This document shows, piece by piece, positions 1-10,252 of a stretch of 64,000 nucleotides of DNA (within the stretch, counting starts at the first letter, position 1; each line of letters opens with the position of its first letter). The DNA is from an uncultured virus (IMG/VR IMGVR_UViG_3300037483_001817) (lineage: Duplodnaviria; Heunggongvirae; Uroviricota; Caudoviricetes). The stretch lies in the IMG/VR virus record IMGVR_UViG_3300037483_001817. One strand, given 5' to 3'. Made by a program: the position numbers and the translations under genes. Under the pieces are notes generated by a model that saw only the letters and a list, made by a program, of their open reading frames with translations, was not told the DNA's origin and did not search any database.

Positions 1-166
1 TGCTCCTCGGCGCGCAGCCGCGGGCCGTGATCCGCACGGCGATAGAGCTGGTGCTCGACGACGAGAAGTTCATGCAGCCGCGCAGCGGCATGGTGCCCGC
101 GCGCGTGATCGAGGACGCTGCGTTCGCGGCTTTCGTCAAGCTCTCTCCCAAGTCGGAGGCCAAGCC

Positions 167-358
167 ATGAGCGACACCGTCCGCCGTCTCTGCATCGTCA
201 TGATCGCGATCCTTGTTGCGTACTTCTTCCTGCACGTGATGCGGTTGCGGTCGTTCAACGTCGCAGCGGAAGCTCGTGGCATCTGCGCCGGCATCGCGGG
301 CTACATGGCGGCCGATCTGGTCGCGGGCCTGTTCGGCCGTCGGCGGAGGAAGCGGTAG
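167..358 (+). CDS. small hypothetical membrane protein
   Basis: GGAGG RBS upstream, hydrophobic segments, abuts next ORF. Confidence 0.6.
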   Translation: MSDTVRRLCIVMIAILVAYFFLHVMRLRSFNVAAEARGICAGIAGYMAADLVAGLFGRRRRKR

Positions 359-550
359 ATGACCGCGAAGACGATGACCAAGCGCACCGTCGGGGAGCGC
401 ATCGTGCACGCCGAGGCGATGGCCGCACGCTATCTCGGCAACTACAACGAGGAGCTTGAGGCCGGGCGCGCGAAAGCTGCGGAGAAGATGCTGGCGAAGT
501 CGCAATATTGGCTCGACGTCGCCAACGATTTGCGTGGGTGGGGCGAGTAG
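359..550 (+). CDS. hypothetical protein
   Basis: ATG immediately after previous stop; its stop overlaps the next GTG. Confidence 0.65.
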   Translation: MTAKTMTKRTVGERIVHAEAMAARYLGNYNEELEAGRAKAAEKMLAKSQYWLDVANDLRGWGE

Positions 551-1347
551 TGCTGATCAAGATCACGAACTACTGCTCCATGGGCTGCAACCACTGCTCC
601 GAGGGGTCCACGGTAGCTGGCGAGCACATGACGCGCGAGACTTTTCTTGCTGCGCTCGCGCTCACCGAGCGTCTCGAAGGCGACGCGTGGCGTTCGGGCA
701 TTCCGCGCCGGATCCTGATCAGCGGTGGCGAGGCTACCGAGCACCCCGACGTCGAGTGGTTCCTTTCGACGGTGATTGACGGAGGGTACGACGTCATCCT
801 CATCACCAACGGGATGTGGCTCGACGATCCGACGCTCCGGGCGAAGATCCTGCGGCCCGAATGGCCGCGCCTGATGGTGCAGATCACCAACGATCCACGC
901 TTCTATCCAAGGCGGCCGACGGCTGTTCCGACGGACGATCCACGTGTCGTGTTCGTGCCGACGCTCTCGATCCTGATTCCGCTCGGCCGCATGAAGCCTG
1001 CGCGCGCTCACTCTGGCAAGGACGGCCTGCCCGTTCGCAAGGGACCTACGTCGTTCAATCTGCGCTCGCTCACGCGCTCGCTCGGCGACGTTCGCGCCGC
1101 GCTGACGATGCTGCGCGCGCGGGCCGCGCTCGGTATGTCGGGCAACTGTTCGCCGAGTATCTCGTGCGACGGGACGATTGTTGCCGGCGAGACGAGCAAC
1201 TGCTTTCCGATCGGCGACGTCCACTCGACGGCCGACCAGGTCACCCGCGCGCTCGTGGGCATGGCGTGTAACAAGTGCGGCCTCGTCGACAATCTGACTC
1301 AGGCGCAAAAGCTCGCGATCGGCGAGGCGGGGATCGTGCTGCCGTGA
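550..1347 (+). CDS. radical SAM protein
   Basis: N-terminal CxxxCxxC (TNYCSMGCNHC), ISGGEA and LITNG motifs, Cys-rich C-terminus; GTG start at 550 inferred from overlap. Confidence 0.85.
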   Translation: MLIKITNYCSMGCNHCSEGSTVAGEHMTRETFLAALALTERLEGDAWRSGIPRRILISGGEATEHPDVEWFLSTVIDGGYDVILITNGMWLDDPTLRAKILRPEWPRLMVQITNDPRFYPRRPTAVPTDDPRVVFVPTLSILIPLGRMKPARAHSGKDGLPVRKGPTSFNLRSLTRSLGDVRAALTMLRARAALGMSGNCSPSISCDGTIVAGETSNCFPIGDVHSTADQVTRALVGMACNKCGLVDNLTQAQKLAIGEAGIVLP

Positions 1348-1589
1348 AGATCGCTGATCTTCAGATCGGTGACGAGCTTGAGGATTACCTACGTGGTCGG
1401 CAGCTCGTCGTCACTGCGATCGTTCCGTTCTCAGGAGGCGGCAACGGCGAGATCGCTTTCAACGTCGTGGCGAAGGTCGGTCTCGTACGCGCTGTCATGC
1501 GCCGCGAGACCCTGACGTTTCGCGAGTTTGAGCGGCTCCAATTCATTCGACGCCCACTTCATGTGTCGTCGCTGGGAGACAAACCGTGA
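1344..1589 (+). CDS. hypothetical protein
   Basis: GTGA overlaps with both neighbours. Confidence 0.55.
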   Translation: MKIADLQIGDELEDYLRGRQLVVTAIVPFSGGGNGEIAFNVVAKVGLVRAVMRRETLTFREFERLQFIRRPLHVSSLGDKP

Positions 1590-1849
1590 AGTCAGAGCGA
1601 GGGCATTGCGGCGCCTGCGGTCAGCGCACAGCAGTCCGCGACGGCAAGGCCGCGGACGGTCGTCCGCAGTACCGGTGCCTCGAAGGGCGCTGCGGACAGA
1701 CGTGGACCAAGGGCCACCAGGGCGAGCCGTGGGACACATTTCAATCCACACAATCCACACAATCGCGAATTGCAATTGCGAAGCGTAAACCTAGTTCAAG
1801 GCGACGCCTAGACGCAACAGGTCGTTCGCGAAAGGCAGTGATGCCGTGA
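1586..1849 (+). CDS. small Zn-ribbon-like protein
   Basis: CGAC and YRCLEGRCG Cys pairs; GGAG RBS. Confidence 0.5.
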   Translation: MKSERGHCGACGQRTAVRDGKAADGRPQYRCLEGRCGQTWTKGHQGEPWDTFQSTQSTQSRIAIAKRKPSSRRRLDATGRSRKAVMP

Positions 1850-1877
1850 CGTACGATGCGATTTTGCACACCACGAC

Positions 1878-2189
1878 GTGCTCCGTGTGCGGCTACGCGC
1901 GCGGTGTGCCCGGCGTGCGGCTCGCATGCTGCTGCCGCGGCTGGGTGGCGTTCTGGCGACAGCTTCTTGCACGGAAGGGATCGACGTCGTGAGTCGCGCA
2001 TCCTCGATTCGAGCGTTCCGCCAGGCGATCGGTCTGCTTCGTAGCATCGATCCGGATCTGTCGTTGTACGTCGCTAGCGACACGCTCTGCCTCATGCGCG
2101 GGCCGTCGCACGATGACCACGGACGGCCACAACAGCAAAACGTTATCGACAGCACGGGCAGCCTGCGTATCTCGGGAGGTGACTGGTGA
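1878..2189 (+). CDS. hypothetical protein (start uncertain)
   Basis: Stop overlaps the next GTG start. Confidence 0.45.
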   Translation: MLRVRLRARCARRAARMLLPRLGGVLATASCTEGIDVVSRASSIRAFRQAIGLLRSIDPDLSLYVASDTLCLMRGPSHDDHGRPQQQNVIDSTGSLRISGGDW

Positions 2190-2446
2190 CCAAACACCAA
2201 GCATGGAATGAAGCCAATCAGCGGTGGCGATCCCGCGGCGCGTTTGGGTCGACGGCACAGGTCTGTCTGCGCGCGAAAAAAGTGCTCAACCGCTGCATGG
2301 TGGGCTACATGCTCTGGACCGACGCCGATCGTCGACGGTGCAGTCCACTATTGATCGGTGAAGGGCCGACGTGGGAAGACGCGTTCAAGAACGCCGACGA
2401 GCGCGAGTCCGCCGGTCTTCCACCGCTGCGAGAGGGGTTCTTGTGA
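2186..2446 (+). CDS. hypothetical protein
   Basis: GGAGGT RBS, GTGA coupling. Confidence 0.55.
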   Translation: MTKHQAWNEANQRWRSRGAFGSTAQVCLRAKKVLNRCMVGYMLWTDADRRRCSPLLIGEGPTWEDAFKNADERESAGLPPLREGFL

Positions 2447-2868
2447 AGACTGTCGTCATTAAGCGCGGCATGCGCGTCGTGTGGAAGCCCGAGTGGCGTT
2501 CTCCTGGCGACGAGAAGTACACCTTCATCGCGGTGGAAGATCAGCATCCCTACGATAGCGGCTTCGGCGTGTCGACGATTGAGAACACGCTGTGGATCCG
2601 TCCCATCCAGACTGGCGCGAGGGCGGACATGGTCGAGTTCGCCGAGCCCTATCTGCCGGTCGCAACGCTCACGTTCATGGGCTTGGCCAAGAAGGGAGCG
2701 CGCGTCCAGCTGCGACGCATGCTCGGCGATCGCGAGCTGTCACTTACAGAGGAAACGATCGCGCTCTCGATGTTCCGCACGCTGTTCGGCCGCTTCGCGA
2801 AGGACTGCAAGCCTGGTGTCGAGCTGCGCAGCAGTGTCGAGTTTCCCGAGGTGGAGAAGAAGTCATGA
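2443..2868 (+). CDS. hypothetical protein
   Basis: GTGA/ATGA coupling on both sides. Confidence 0.6.
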   Translation: MKTVVIKRGMRVVWKPEWRSPGDEKYTFIAVEDQHPYDSGFGVSTIENTLWIRPIQTGARADMVEFAEPYLPVATLTFMGLAKKGARVQLRRMLGDRELSLTEETIALSMFRTLFGRFAKDCKPGVELRSSVEFPEVEKKS

Positions 2869-3086
2869 CGATGACCGTTAACGATCTCATCAAGAAGCTC
2901 GACGAGCTGAAGCGTTGCGACCCTGACAACGGCGACTTGCCGATCGTGCTTGGACTCAGCGGTGACACGATGCCCGACGAGGTGTTCATCGCGCACTACG
3001 GGGACGATCCGCAGCTGCCGTACGTGCGCATCTGCTCGCGCAATGACGCGCGTCTCGGGCTCGCTGTGTTCGGGAGGTCTTCGTGA
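2865..3086 (+). CDS. hypothetical protein
   Basis: ATGA coupling; begins MTVNDLIKKL. Confidence 0.6.
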   Translation: MTMTVNDLIKKLDELKRCDPDNGDLPIVLGLSGDTMPDEVFIAHYGDDPQLPYVRICSRNDARLGLAVFGRSS

Positions 3087-3355
3087 CGCGAGCTGCTACG
3101 AAGAAGCGTGAGCGAATGCTACGCGGTGTTCGAAAAGGGGACACGGTCATGATCCCGGTAGGCGCGATCGAGTTTCGTGAGGGCGGGAACACGCTCTGGA
3201 TCCACAGTTCGCAGGGTGGAACCGTCCTTCGCCTCAAGACGCTGAACGGCTCCATCACGTCGAAGCGCTGTCAGTCCAGTCCGGTGTCGCACGGGGATGC
3301 GATCATTCAGGGTGATCTCGAAATCTGCATTGCTGTGAACACCGAGGAGACGTAA
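3083..3355 (+). CDS. hypothetical protein
   Basis: GGAGG RBS, translationally coupled. Confidence 0.6.
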   Translation: MTRAATKKRERMLRGVRKGDTVMIPVGAIEFREGGNTLWIHSSQGGTVLRLKTLNGSITSKRCQSSPVSHGDAIIQGDLEICIAVNTEET

Positions 3356-3837
3356 TGGAACGGATCGTCTTGATCACCAACCTGCTCGACGTTGCTATCG
3401 ACACGGGCTTCGGGAAGGTTCTTACCCATACGAACGCCCTGGTCCTGTCTGATCGTGGCCCTGATGACAAGACGGGCGCGCAGTATCGCGCACACGGCTT
3501 TCGCAACGAGGCGGGAAATCCGACCTTCGACCTGACGCTGCCCTCATTTGATTGGGCGATCGAGCCGCTCTCCTATAGGAGAGCTTTTGTGCTCTGCTTC
3601 GCCGGGCAGGCTGGTCCGAGGATAACGCTCACGACCGACTTTGCGAACGACGCACCGCTCGACATCGAGCACTTGGAGCTTACAGGCGAAGTTCAGTACA
3701 ACTGGGACGACACGCTCGTGCGCAAGGTACTTCGCTACTACCACGCGCCTTACATCGTGCTCGGGAAGCAACTCGACGCGGACCTGGCACGCAAGGCCCT
3801 CGGTGTCGAGGGCGTCGAAAGAGGAGTTTCGCGATGA
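3355..3837 (+). CDS. hypothetical protein
   Basis: TAATG coupling, GAGGAG RBS. Confidence 0.65.
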   Translation: MERIVLITNLLDVAIDTGFGKVLTHTNALVLSDRGPDDKTGAQYRAHGFRNEAGNPTFDLTLPSFDWAIEPLSYRRAFVLCFAGQAGPRITLTTDFANDAPLDIEHLELTGEVQYNWDDTLVRKVLRYYHAPYIVLGKQLDADLARKALGVEGVERGVSR

Positions 3838-4655
3838 GCGCAGGCAATCTACTGGCTCTCTCGTACGGCATGGGCGTCGATTCGACCGCAGTGCTCGTCG
3901 GCTGGTGGCGTCTCGGCATCCGACCGCATTGGATCGGCCACGCACAGGTCGGCAACGAGTGGCCCGAGACCTACGCGTACCGTCCGATCATCGACAAGTG
4001 GCTCGCCGAGGTGGGCTTCCCGACGATCACCGACGTGCAGTACGTCGTGCAGCGGCCCAAGCACGGGCACTACGCGACGCTTGAGGAGAATTGCCTCGTG
4101 AACCAAACGCTGCCGTCGCTCGCGTTCGGCTACAAGAAGTGCTCGCTCAAGTGGAAGGGCGAGCCGCTCGACGCCGCCTGCGCCGACTACTTCGCTGCGC
4201 ACATCAAGGCCGGCGGCAAGGTCCGTCGCGCGATCGGCTACGACGCGGGCCCATGCGACTCGCGCCGTGGTGGCGTCGAGACCAAGGGGCCGTGGAACTG
4301 GATCTATCCCCTGCGTGAGTGGGGCTGGGATCGTGATCGGTGCATGAAGGAGATCGCCGCCGCGGGCCTGCCAGTGCCACCGAAGTCGAGCTGCTGGTTT
4401 TGTCCGTCGCTCAAGCCCGCTGAACTCATCCAGCTCGCGAAGAAGCACCCAGATCTCGCACGCCGTGCAGTCGCGATGGAGGATCGTGCCCGGCCACGCC
4501 TGACCAAGATCCAGGGACTGTGGGGCTGTGGCGTCAAGGGCACGCGTGGCGGAGAAAAGAAGCCAGGATCGTGGCGTGTGTTCCTGGCCGAGCATGCGCC
4601 TGAGGTCTTGCCCGACCTGCCGCTCGCGCTGCCAGCAACGGAGGATGCAGCGTGA
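3834..4655 (+). CDS. PAPS-reductase-like PP-loop protein (phage/MGE type)
   Basis: SYGMGVDS PP-loop, KCSLKWK, IGYDA, YPLREWG, KSSCWFCP. Confidence 0.8.
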   Translation: MSAGNLLALSYGMGVDSTAVLVGWWRLGIRPHWIGHAQVGNEWPETYAYRPIIDKWLAEVGFPTITDVQYVVQRPKHGHYATLEENCLVNQTLPSLAFGYKKCSLKWKGEPLDAACADYFAAHIKAGGKVRRAIGYDAGPCDSRRGGVETKGPWNWIYPLREWGWDRDRCMKEIAAAGLPVPPKSSCWFCPSLKPAELIQLAKKHPDLARRAVAMEDRARPRLTKIQGLWGCGVKGTRGGEKKPGSWRVFLAEHAPEVLPDLPLALPATEDAA

Positions 4656-5065
4656 AGACCAGCCTTTTGATCGGCCAGATCGTCTACGATCGTATGCGCA
4701 CCTCTTCCAAGGGTGCTGCGATCGTGGTCGGCACCTCCAAGAGCTCCGGGCAACTTCGAATTTGCCGCTGGCGCGGTGCACAGCAGCACTGGAGCCTGCC
4801 GATCGCGGTTGATGCACGTCAGCTCGAACTGATCGTCGACTGGACCTTGATGCCGCTCACCGAAGCGAAGCGCTTGGCAACGACCGCGTTCGAGCGCAAC
4901 TATCTCGTGCGCGCGATGGAGTCCGCGAAGGGATCGGCGGTGGATGCTGCGCTCTTGGCCGGTGTCGATCGTTCGAACTTTCGTCGGCTGCTCCAGCGGC
5001 ACGGACTCGTCAAGATGGCGCCGCGCCCCAAGCGCCTCAAGCGCTGGGGGAGAAAATCCTCGTGA
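4652..5065 (+). CDS. protein with C-terminal Fis/NtrC-type HTH
   Basis: PLTEAKR..FERNYL..AA.LAGVDRSNFRRLLQRHG; paralog at 19782-20042. Confidence 0.75.
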   Translation: MKTSLLIGQIVYDRMRTSSKGAAIVVGTSKSSGQLRICRWRGAQQHWSLPIAVDARQLELIVDWTLMPLTEAKRLATTAFERNYLVRAMESAKGSAVDAALLAGVDRSNFRRLLQRHGLVKMAPRPKRLKRWGRKSS

Positions 5066-5670
5066 AGAAAGAGCTGCCATCCCATCCCATGCAGCCTGTC
5101 ATCCAAGACGAGCACGGCGTGGTTCGCTTCCGCGCGAACGCGATCGTTCGAGCCTTGTTCGACCGCGATGGCGGCGCTCTTGGTCAGATCGTGAAGTTCG
5201 ACGCTCCGCCCGAAGATCACATGCAGTTCGCACAGCTTCTCGGTCTCCGCGTCACGCGGCCCACGCTTCCGCTGCTCGGCGGCGGGAAGAAACTGAAGGG
5301 CTATGATCCGCATCCCATGCAGCCCGTCCACGTGGACGCACGCGGTACCATCCGCTTCCGCAAGAACACGATCGTGGACGCACTCCTCGATCGTGATACC
5401 GAACGCGGCAGGGTGTATCCCGACTTCCCAGCGCGTTCCGACGGCGGTCTGAACTGGACCGGTACGCAAGACTTCCCGCAGGAAGATGAGGAGCAGCTCG
5501 CGCAGCTCATCGGCTACTCGGTGAGCGGCTACCACGAGCTGTCCTACGTCTCCGACGAGAGCGCCGCACTGGCCAGTAAGCTCGCGAGCGCGATCCTGTC
5601 CGAGGCAGGCGGCTGTCGTGACGCAGGGTGCGCGATTCACGGTGGTTCTAATGGGAAGGGGCTCTCCTGA
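5062..5670 (+). CDS. hypothetical protein with internal duplication; paralog of 59229-59795
   Basis: HPMQPV..RFR.N.IV.AL occurs twice; QLIGY..SGYHELSYVSDESA shared with the paralog. Confidence 0.75.
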   Translation: MKKELPSHPMQPVIQDEHGVVRFRANAIVRALFDRDGGALGQIVKFDAPPEDHMQFAQLLGLRVTRPTLPLLGGGKKLKGYDPHPMQPVHVDARGTIRFRKNTIVDALLDRDTERGRVYPDFPARSDGGLNWTGTQDFPQEDEEQLAQLIGYSVSGYHELSYVSDESAALASKLASAILSEAGGCRDAGCAIHGGSNGKGLS

Positions 5671-5891
5671 TGCGTGGTGTACTTCGAAGCTTCGTCCTGC
5701 CGTTCATGCTCGGCATCGCAATTAGCCTGAGCGCGTCCTGTACCTATTGGTGCCTCGAGTGGTTGCTCGCGGACCATGCGGACTACGACCGCGGCCTATG
5801 GGAGGGCGGTGTCCTCGTGATGGTCATCATCCTAGGACAGGCACTCGCGCGTCTCGTGCTCAAGCGCTTTGACGCGTGGAGGCAGTCATGA
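5670..5891 (+). CDS. small two-TM membrane protein
   Basis: Two hydrophobic helices; TGATG coupling. Confidence 0.55.
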   Translation: MRGVLRSFVLPFMLGIAISLSASCTYWCLEWLLADHADYDRGLWEGGVLVMVIILGQALARLVLKRFDAWRQS

Positions 5892-6490
5892 CCGAAGCCT
5901 CGCTACTTCAATGGTCCGACGAAGTCGTTGCCGAGAGCTTTCGTTCCGAGATCCGTGCGCGCTTCGAGGCGCACAACGTGGCGTCCCGCGCGCGTGACGC
6001 TGCCGAGCTGGAAGTCGTTCTGCTCCAGCATCCGGAAAAGCGGGGGCAGCCTGGCTACGAGGTTCGCGACAGCGGTGCGTGGGCCGTGTATCAGGCCAGC
6101 GAGATCCGGATCGATCGGAACTCGGTGACGATCGTATTGCCCCGCGGCATCGCGATCGGCGTCGACCTCGTATACCTGTTCGACCACACGGCCATGGCGT
6201 GGTCGAGGGCCTTGATCGGAGCGACGATCGTGGACGGCGAGGCACGGCCCACGATCGAGATCACGCTCGTCGCCACCTGGACCGACGCGATGGATGCCGC
6301 GTGGCGCAAGGAAGGCAACGATCGCAAGCAAGTTCTCGTCGAGCTCTACGAGGATGATGTTCACGCACTTTGCGGACTTGTCGCCGCACAGCTAGCCACG
6401 GTGGCCGCGCACACGACAGCGCCTGACGCTGCGGGCCCAATGCCTACGATTCGTGACCGGTTGAAGCTGGCGCTGGAGGCACTGCCATGA
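5888..6490 (+). CDS. hypothetical protein
   Basis: GGAGG RBS, ATGA coupling. Confidence 0.6.
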   Translation: MTEASLLQWSDEVVAESFRSEIRARFEAHNVASRARDAAELEVVLLQHPEKRGQPGYEVRDSGAWAVYQASEIRIDRNSVTIVLPRGIAIGVDLVYLFDHTAMAWSRALIGATIVDGEARPTIEITLVATWTDAMDAAWRKEGNDRKQVLVELYEDDVHALCGLVAAQLATVAAHTTAPDAAGPMPTIRDRLKLALEALP

Positions 6491-6738
6491 CCGCTGTGCA
6501 TCCACCACCACCCGGCGTTCGTATCGATTCCTACGAGGATCACGTTCCGCTCGCCATTACTGCGCAGATCAGCGACATCGGCGACTCGGATCGGTGGCGT
6601 CTCTTCATCACGGCATGGAGATACGACCCTACCGCAGGGGACTGGTCCTCCGTGGCGATGGAGGATGGCCTGACGAAAGCCGAAGTACGAAGGGTCTTCG
6701 AATACATGAGCAAACACGCGCCGAAGGTCCTGCCGTGA
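6487..6738 (+). CDS. hypothetical protein
   Basis: GGAGG RBS, ATGA coupling. Confidence 0.6.
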   Translation: MTAVHPPPPGVRIDSYEDHVPLAITAQISDIGDSDRWRLFITAWRYDPTAGDWSSVAMEDGLTKAEVRRVFEYMSKHAPKVLP

Positions 6739-7223
6739 CACAGCGATCTGCCGTGACGCAGCGGCTCGTGTTCGTACAGTCCGATCGCTGGTGCAAGCGC
6801 TTTGGCGGGATGGATGCCGGGATGGGCGTCTACGACGAGGCGCTGTGCGCGTACTGCGCGCGGCCCGTGCGGCCGGACGCGGTTCGACTGCGCACGGCGC
6901 GCACCAACGACGGTGAGTGGTGGCTCGTGGCTGCGGACGTTGACCTTTTGGCCGATGAGTGGCGCGACTTTCAGACGTGGCCCGACGGTTCTCGCGCTCC
7001 CACGCTCTTGCCGATCGGACCCGACTGCTTGCGGCAGCACCCGGAGTTCACGTTCGCCGTCGTCGCACCGGCCATTCGAGCATGCTCCTATGGCAAGCAC
7101 CTCGGACCTACGCGCTTAGGGCACGGCCGCCTGCATGGCGCACCTCTAGAAGCGTGGATCTGCGAGAGCTGCGGCAAGGACATCACGGATGAGGTTGTCG
7201 TTCGGAAGAAGGCCGGCTCGTGA
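6735..7223 (+). CDS. Cys-rich hypothetical protein
   Basis: GTGA coupling; CAYC, IGPDC, CESC. Confidence 0.55.
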   Translation: MTQRSAVTQRLVFVQSDRWCKRFGGMDAGMGVYDEALCAYCARPVRPDAVRLRTARTNDGEWWLVAADVDLLADEWRDFQTWPDGSRAPTLLPIGPDCLRQHPEFTFAVVAPAIRACSYGKHLGPTRLGHGRLHGAPLEAWICESCGKDITDEVVVRKKAGS

Positions 7224-7429
7224 CGAAGGGCTCGTGGATCCACGATGACGTCTCTCGGCACTTCGGGAACTGTTCGCAGTGCAAAGCTACCGATCCCGAG
7301 AACGTTCGCGTCGCCCAGGTCAAGGAGCTGCGACTGTCGGTCCCGGATGGCGTGCTCTCTGCGATGTGCCCTGACGGTCGGTCTATCTACCGGTCATACC
7401 TGCGCTGGCTCGCGGAGCCCGACGAATGA
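7220..7429 (+). CDS. hypothetical protein
   Basis: GTGA coupling. Confidence 0.5.
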   Translation: MTKGSWIHDDVSRHFGNCSQCKATDPENVRVAQVKELRLSVPDGVLSAMCPDGRSIYRSYLRWLAEPDE

Positions 7430-7574
7430 CGCAGATATCGCGGGCCGAGATGAAGCTCTACTACTACGCGATCAGCTGCGCGCTGTCCGCCCTCGTGGAC
7501 CATGCCGGGCGTCACGGCCGCGGCTGGTACCATTTCGCGGATGGTGAGGTGATCATCGCCTCGGAGGTCAAGCT

Positions 7575-7811
7575 GTGATGGATGCGACGGCGAAGACCGA
7601 CGCCCTCTCCGTCGCCTGTCCCCAGTGCGGCGCCGAGGTCGGCACGCGCTGCTGGAGCGGTACACGGCGCGGCCGGCACTTGTCGCGTGGGTACCATGCG
7701 AATCGTTTCCGCGTTGCGGCCGGCGAGCACGTACCGGCGAGCGTCGAGACGTTTTTGCGACGTGAGATTCGTCGTGTTGTGGACGACGTCGTTTCCAAGA
7801 GGAAACCGTGA
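7575..7811 (+). CDS. small zinc-finger protein
   Basis: VACPQCGA..C..H..R motif, also seen at 54398 and 61271; GGAGGT RBS. Confidence 0.6.
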   Translation: MMDATAKTDALSVACPQCGAEVGTRCWSGTRRGRHLSRGYHANRFRVAAGEHVPASVETFLRREIRRVVDDVVSKRKP

Positions 7812-8083
7812 CGCGCCTCCAGCGGCTGCTCGATGTCCTGGGCCTCTGGCGCTTCCGGTTCTACCGGCGCTGGGTCGGTGGTCGCTGGGCCGAGAGCTAT
7901 GTCGAGGCGACGCCGCATTCCACCGAGCTCCCATACTAGCTGGCCAACGAGCGAGCTCGCGAAGGTGCGCGGGGAGCTCGGGCTCGAACCGGCGGCGGAA
8001 ATCGATCGCGAGCCGGAGCTGGTCGAGGCTGTCGCGCTTGGCGAGGCGCTCGGGTGTCCAGATCTTGCGGTAGGTCTCGGGGT

Positions 8084-8287
8084 TCATCCGGGTTCCACGG
8101 TCTTGAGGTCGACGGCAACCGGGCCGAGCGGGGACTCGACGAACGCCTCGCCCTCGTGGACGTTGATCAACGTGCCTTGGGTGATCGTGGTTCGACCGCC
8201 GGGCCAGCACACCAGAGCGACGACCTGGTCACCGGCGGCGATATCGTGCCCGTTGATGTGGAACACCTTGCGCGGCTTGTCCTTCAT
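8084..8287 (-). CDS. hypothetical protein
   Basis: AAAGG RBS; part of the minus-strand block. Confidence 0.5.
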   Translation of the reverse strand: MKDKPRKVFHINGHDIAAGDQVVALVCWPGGRTTITQGTLINVHEGEAFVESPLGPVAVDLKTVEPG

Positions 8288-8680
8288 CGGCGAGCCTTTC
8301 GGCGGCGCTCGGCGCGCTGGATCCTCACGTCCCGGGCGGCCTTCATGGACGCGAGTCCGTCGGTGCGTGGCACCCTCATCACGAGACGTCGCTCGACCAA
8401 GATCTCCATACTGCTGAACGTCATGTCACCTCGATGCGAACGCTCGCTAGCAAGCGCTCCGCAAGCTGCAAGTCGTCCCGCAACGACCGATCGACGGCGC
8501 TTTTCGTCACGTCGTCGACGTCCGTTGCGGCTTGGTTCTCCATCAATCTCATGAGCAGCCGATGCTTGACGTCGCTGAGCAGCGCGTAGGCGTTGTGCTG
8601 CGTGACGCCTGGTGGATCATTGGGCCAGAACCCTGCGAGGTCTTCGACATCGGCCATCATCGTAATCAGGATGCGTGGCA

Positions 8681-9031
8681 TCAGGTTCCTTCCCGCAGAT
8701 GCGCAAACTCGCAGTCCGTGCCGCCGTTGCAGGGCAGGATGAGCCGCATCTCGAACGGCTTCTCGTCGTACCCGCGCCATGTCCGACAATCACGATCGGT
8801 GATGCGTGTCATCACGACGCAGCCGCACTCGTATTCTTGCGGGTCGATCTGGGGCGTGTTGTGCCGAGACACCTCCGGCACTGCGGCCAGGATGTCGTCT
8901 GGGACTTGCCCGGTATCAACCAGGTGGCGCATCCAGCGCTCGATCGCTTGCTCGCGATCATCGGACGCCCCGTACTCCGCGGTGAAGGCGTCCAGCTGTG
9001 TGGCCGCGAGATCGCGTAGGGCCTGGGTCAT
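8681..9031 (-). CDS. hypothetical protein
   Basis: AAGGA RBS, translationally coupled. Confidence 0.55.
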   Translation of the reverse strand: MTQALRDLAATQLDAFTAEYGASDDREQAIERWMRHLVDTGQVPDDILAAVPEVSRHNTPQIDPQEYECGCVVMTRITDRDCRTWRGYDEKPFEMRLILPCNGGTDCEFAHLREGT

Positions 9032-9639
9032 GGTGCGGAATCCTTCGTGGTGGCGACGCCGACGATCGCGGCGATCTGCGTCTGCGCGCGCACCGACGCC
9101 CCGGCTTGATCTGCCGCGGCCACGGAGAGCGCGGCGAAATCGTCTTGAGTCCAGGTGCTGTCGATTGACGTGAGGCCGTCGAGGAGCGCGGCGACCTTGA
9201 TGTTGCTGTAGGACTTGCTGCTGTTGTGCATGATCACCACTCCGTGTCGGCCACGAGTGCCTGGTAAAGCGACCAGGCGTGCTGGCGGATTGCTTCCGCG
9301 TGCTTGACCCACGCTGGATCGGTCGTCTCGTCGAGTAGCCCCAGAATGCGGTTGGCCGCGAGGTAGGCTTCGTACGCGGCGGCCTTGGCCTGGTTCTGCG
9401 GCGTGCGTTCGACGTCGGCCGCGCACTCCTCGGGGGTGAGTTGGTGGGGATGGGACTCTTTCACGTAGCGCTCCTGACGTCGCGGCACAGCGGATTGAGC
9501 CGCAGTCCTGCGGCGAATCCGCGTGCTTCTTCCGCACGCGTGAATGTTTGCGAGCGGTCCATATAGAGGCCATAGCCGCCTGCCGAGACGTGACGCCAAG
9601 TCTCGACCCACTGCTGCCAGTGCACCGTCACCGCGGTCT

Positions 9640-9945
9640 TCAGCATCGGCACTCCTCGTTCGCGTCGATCGGTCCGCCGCACGCGGTGCAGCACGTTCCC
9701 TCGCAGACATCACCGACGTGCGCGCGATGCTCACGTGCGTGGCACTTCTCGCGGGTGCGGGCATTGAAGATCTCTGCGCAGCGCGCGCGGGCGTTCGCCC
9801 GATCAGGCGCTGTCGATTCGTCGTCCTCTCCGAGGGCCACTGTACAGGTCAAGATCGTGATGATCTCGTGCCAGTGCTGAGCCACCCTCCGCAGACCGCG
9901 GATCTGGTCGTCGGTGATCGTCGTGCCGATCACGGGCGTGCTCAC
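9640..9945 (-). CDS. TITD/ARARCAE family micro-protein
   Basis: TTITDDQIR..CTVALG..ARARCAEIFNAR. Confidence 0.75.
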   Translation of the reverse strand: MSTPVIGTTITDDQIRGLRRVAQHWHEIITILTCTVALGEDDESTAPDRANARARCAEIFNARTREKCHAREHRAHVGDVCEGTCCTACGGPIDANEECRC

Positions 9946-10250
9946 TTGCCACCGCTGTTCGTGCGGGGGTCATTGGGAAATGCGATGTGGCAGAGCATTG
10001 AGATCGCTGCGTCGCTGCGCCTTGAATCCGCGCGATGCTCGGCGATGCGCTCCTCTTTCGAGCGGCGCAGTTCGGCGATGCATCGGCGAGCGCGCCGCAG
10101 ATCGCTTTCGAGCCGCGCCACCTGGGCGCGAAGCCGATCGTTTTCGTCCTTGTCCGCGTTGCGTTCGGCACGCAAGGTCGCAATCGGCATCGCTGCGTCG
10201 GCCGCAGCAGAGACGAGCGCGGAACCGCGGTTGTATGCAGCCGCCCCCAT
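9942..10250 (-). CDS. coiled-coil hypothetical protein
   Basis: GGAGG RBS supplied by the end of the upstream gene; starts MGAAAYNRG. Confidence 0.55.
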   Translation of the reverse strand: MGAAAYNRGSALVSAAADAAMPIATLRAERNADKDENDRLRAQVARLESDLRRARRCIAELRRSKEERIAEHRADSRRSDAAISMLCHIAFPNDPRTNSGGK

Positions 10251-10252
10251 GA

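Noticed and set aside
1742..1764. CAATCCACA tandem repeat (about 2.5 copies)
   Set aside because: Short in-frame slippage with no further structure
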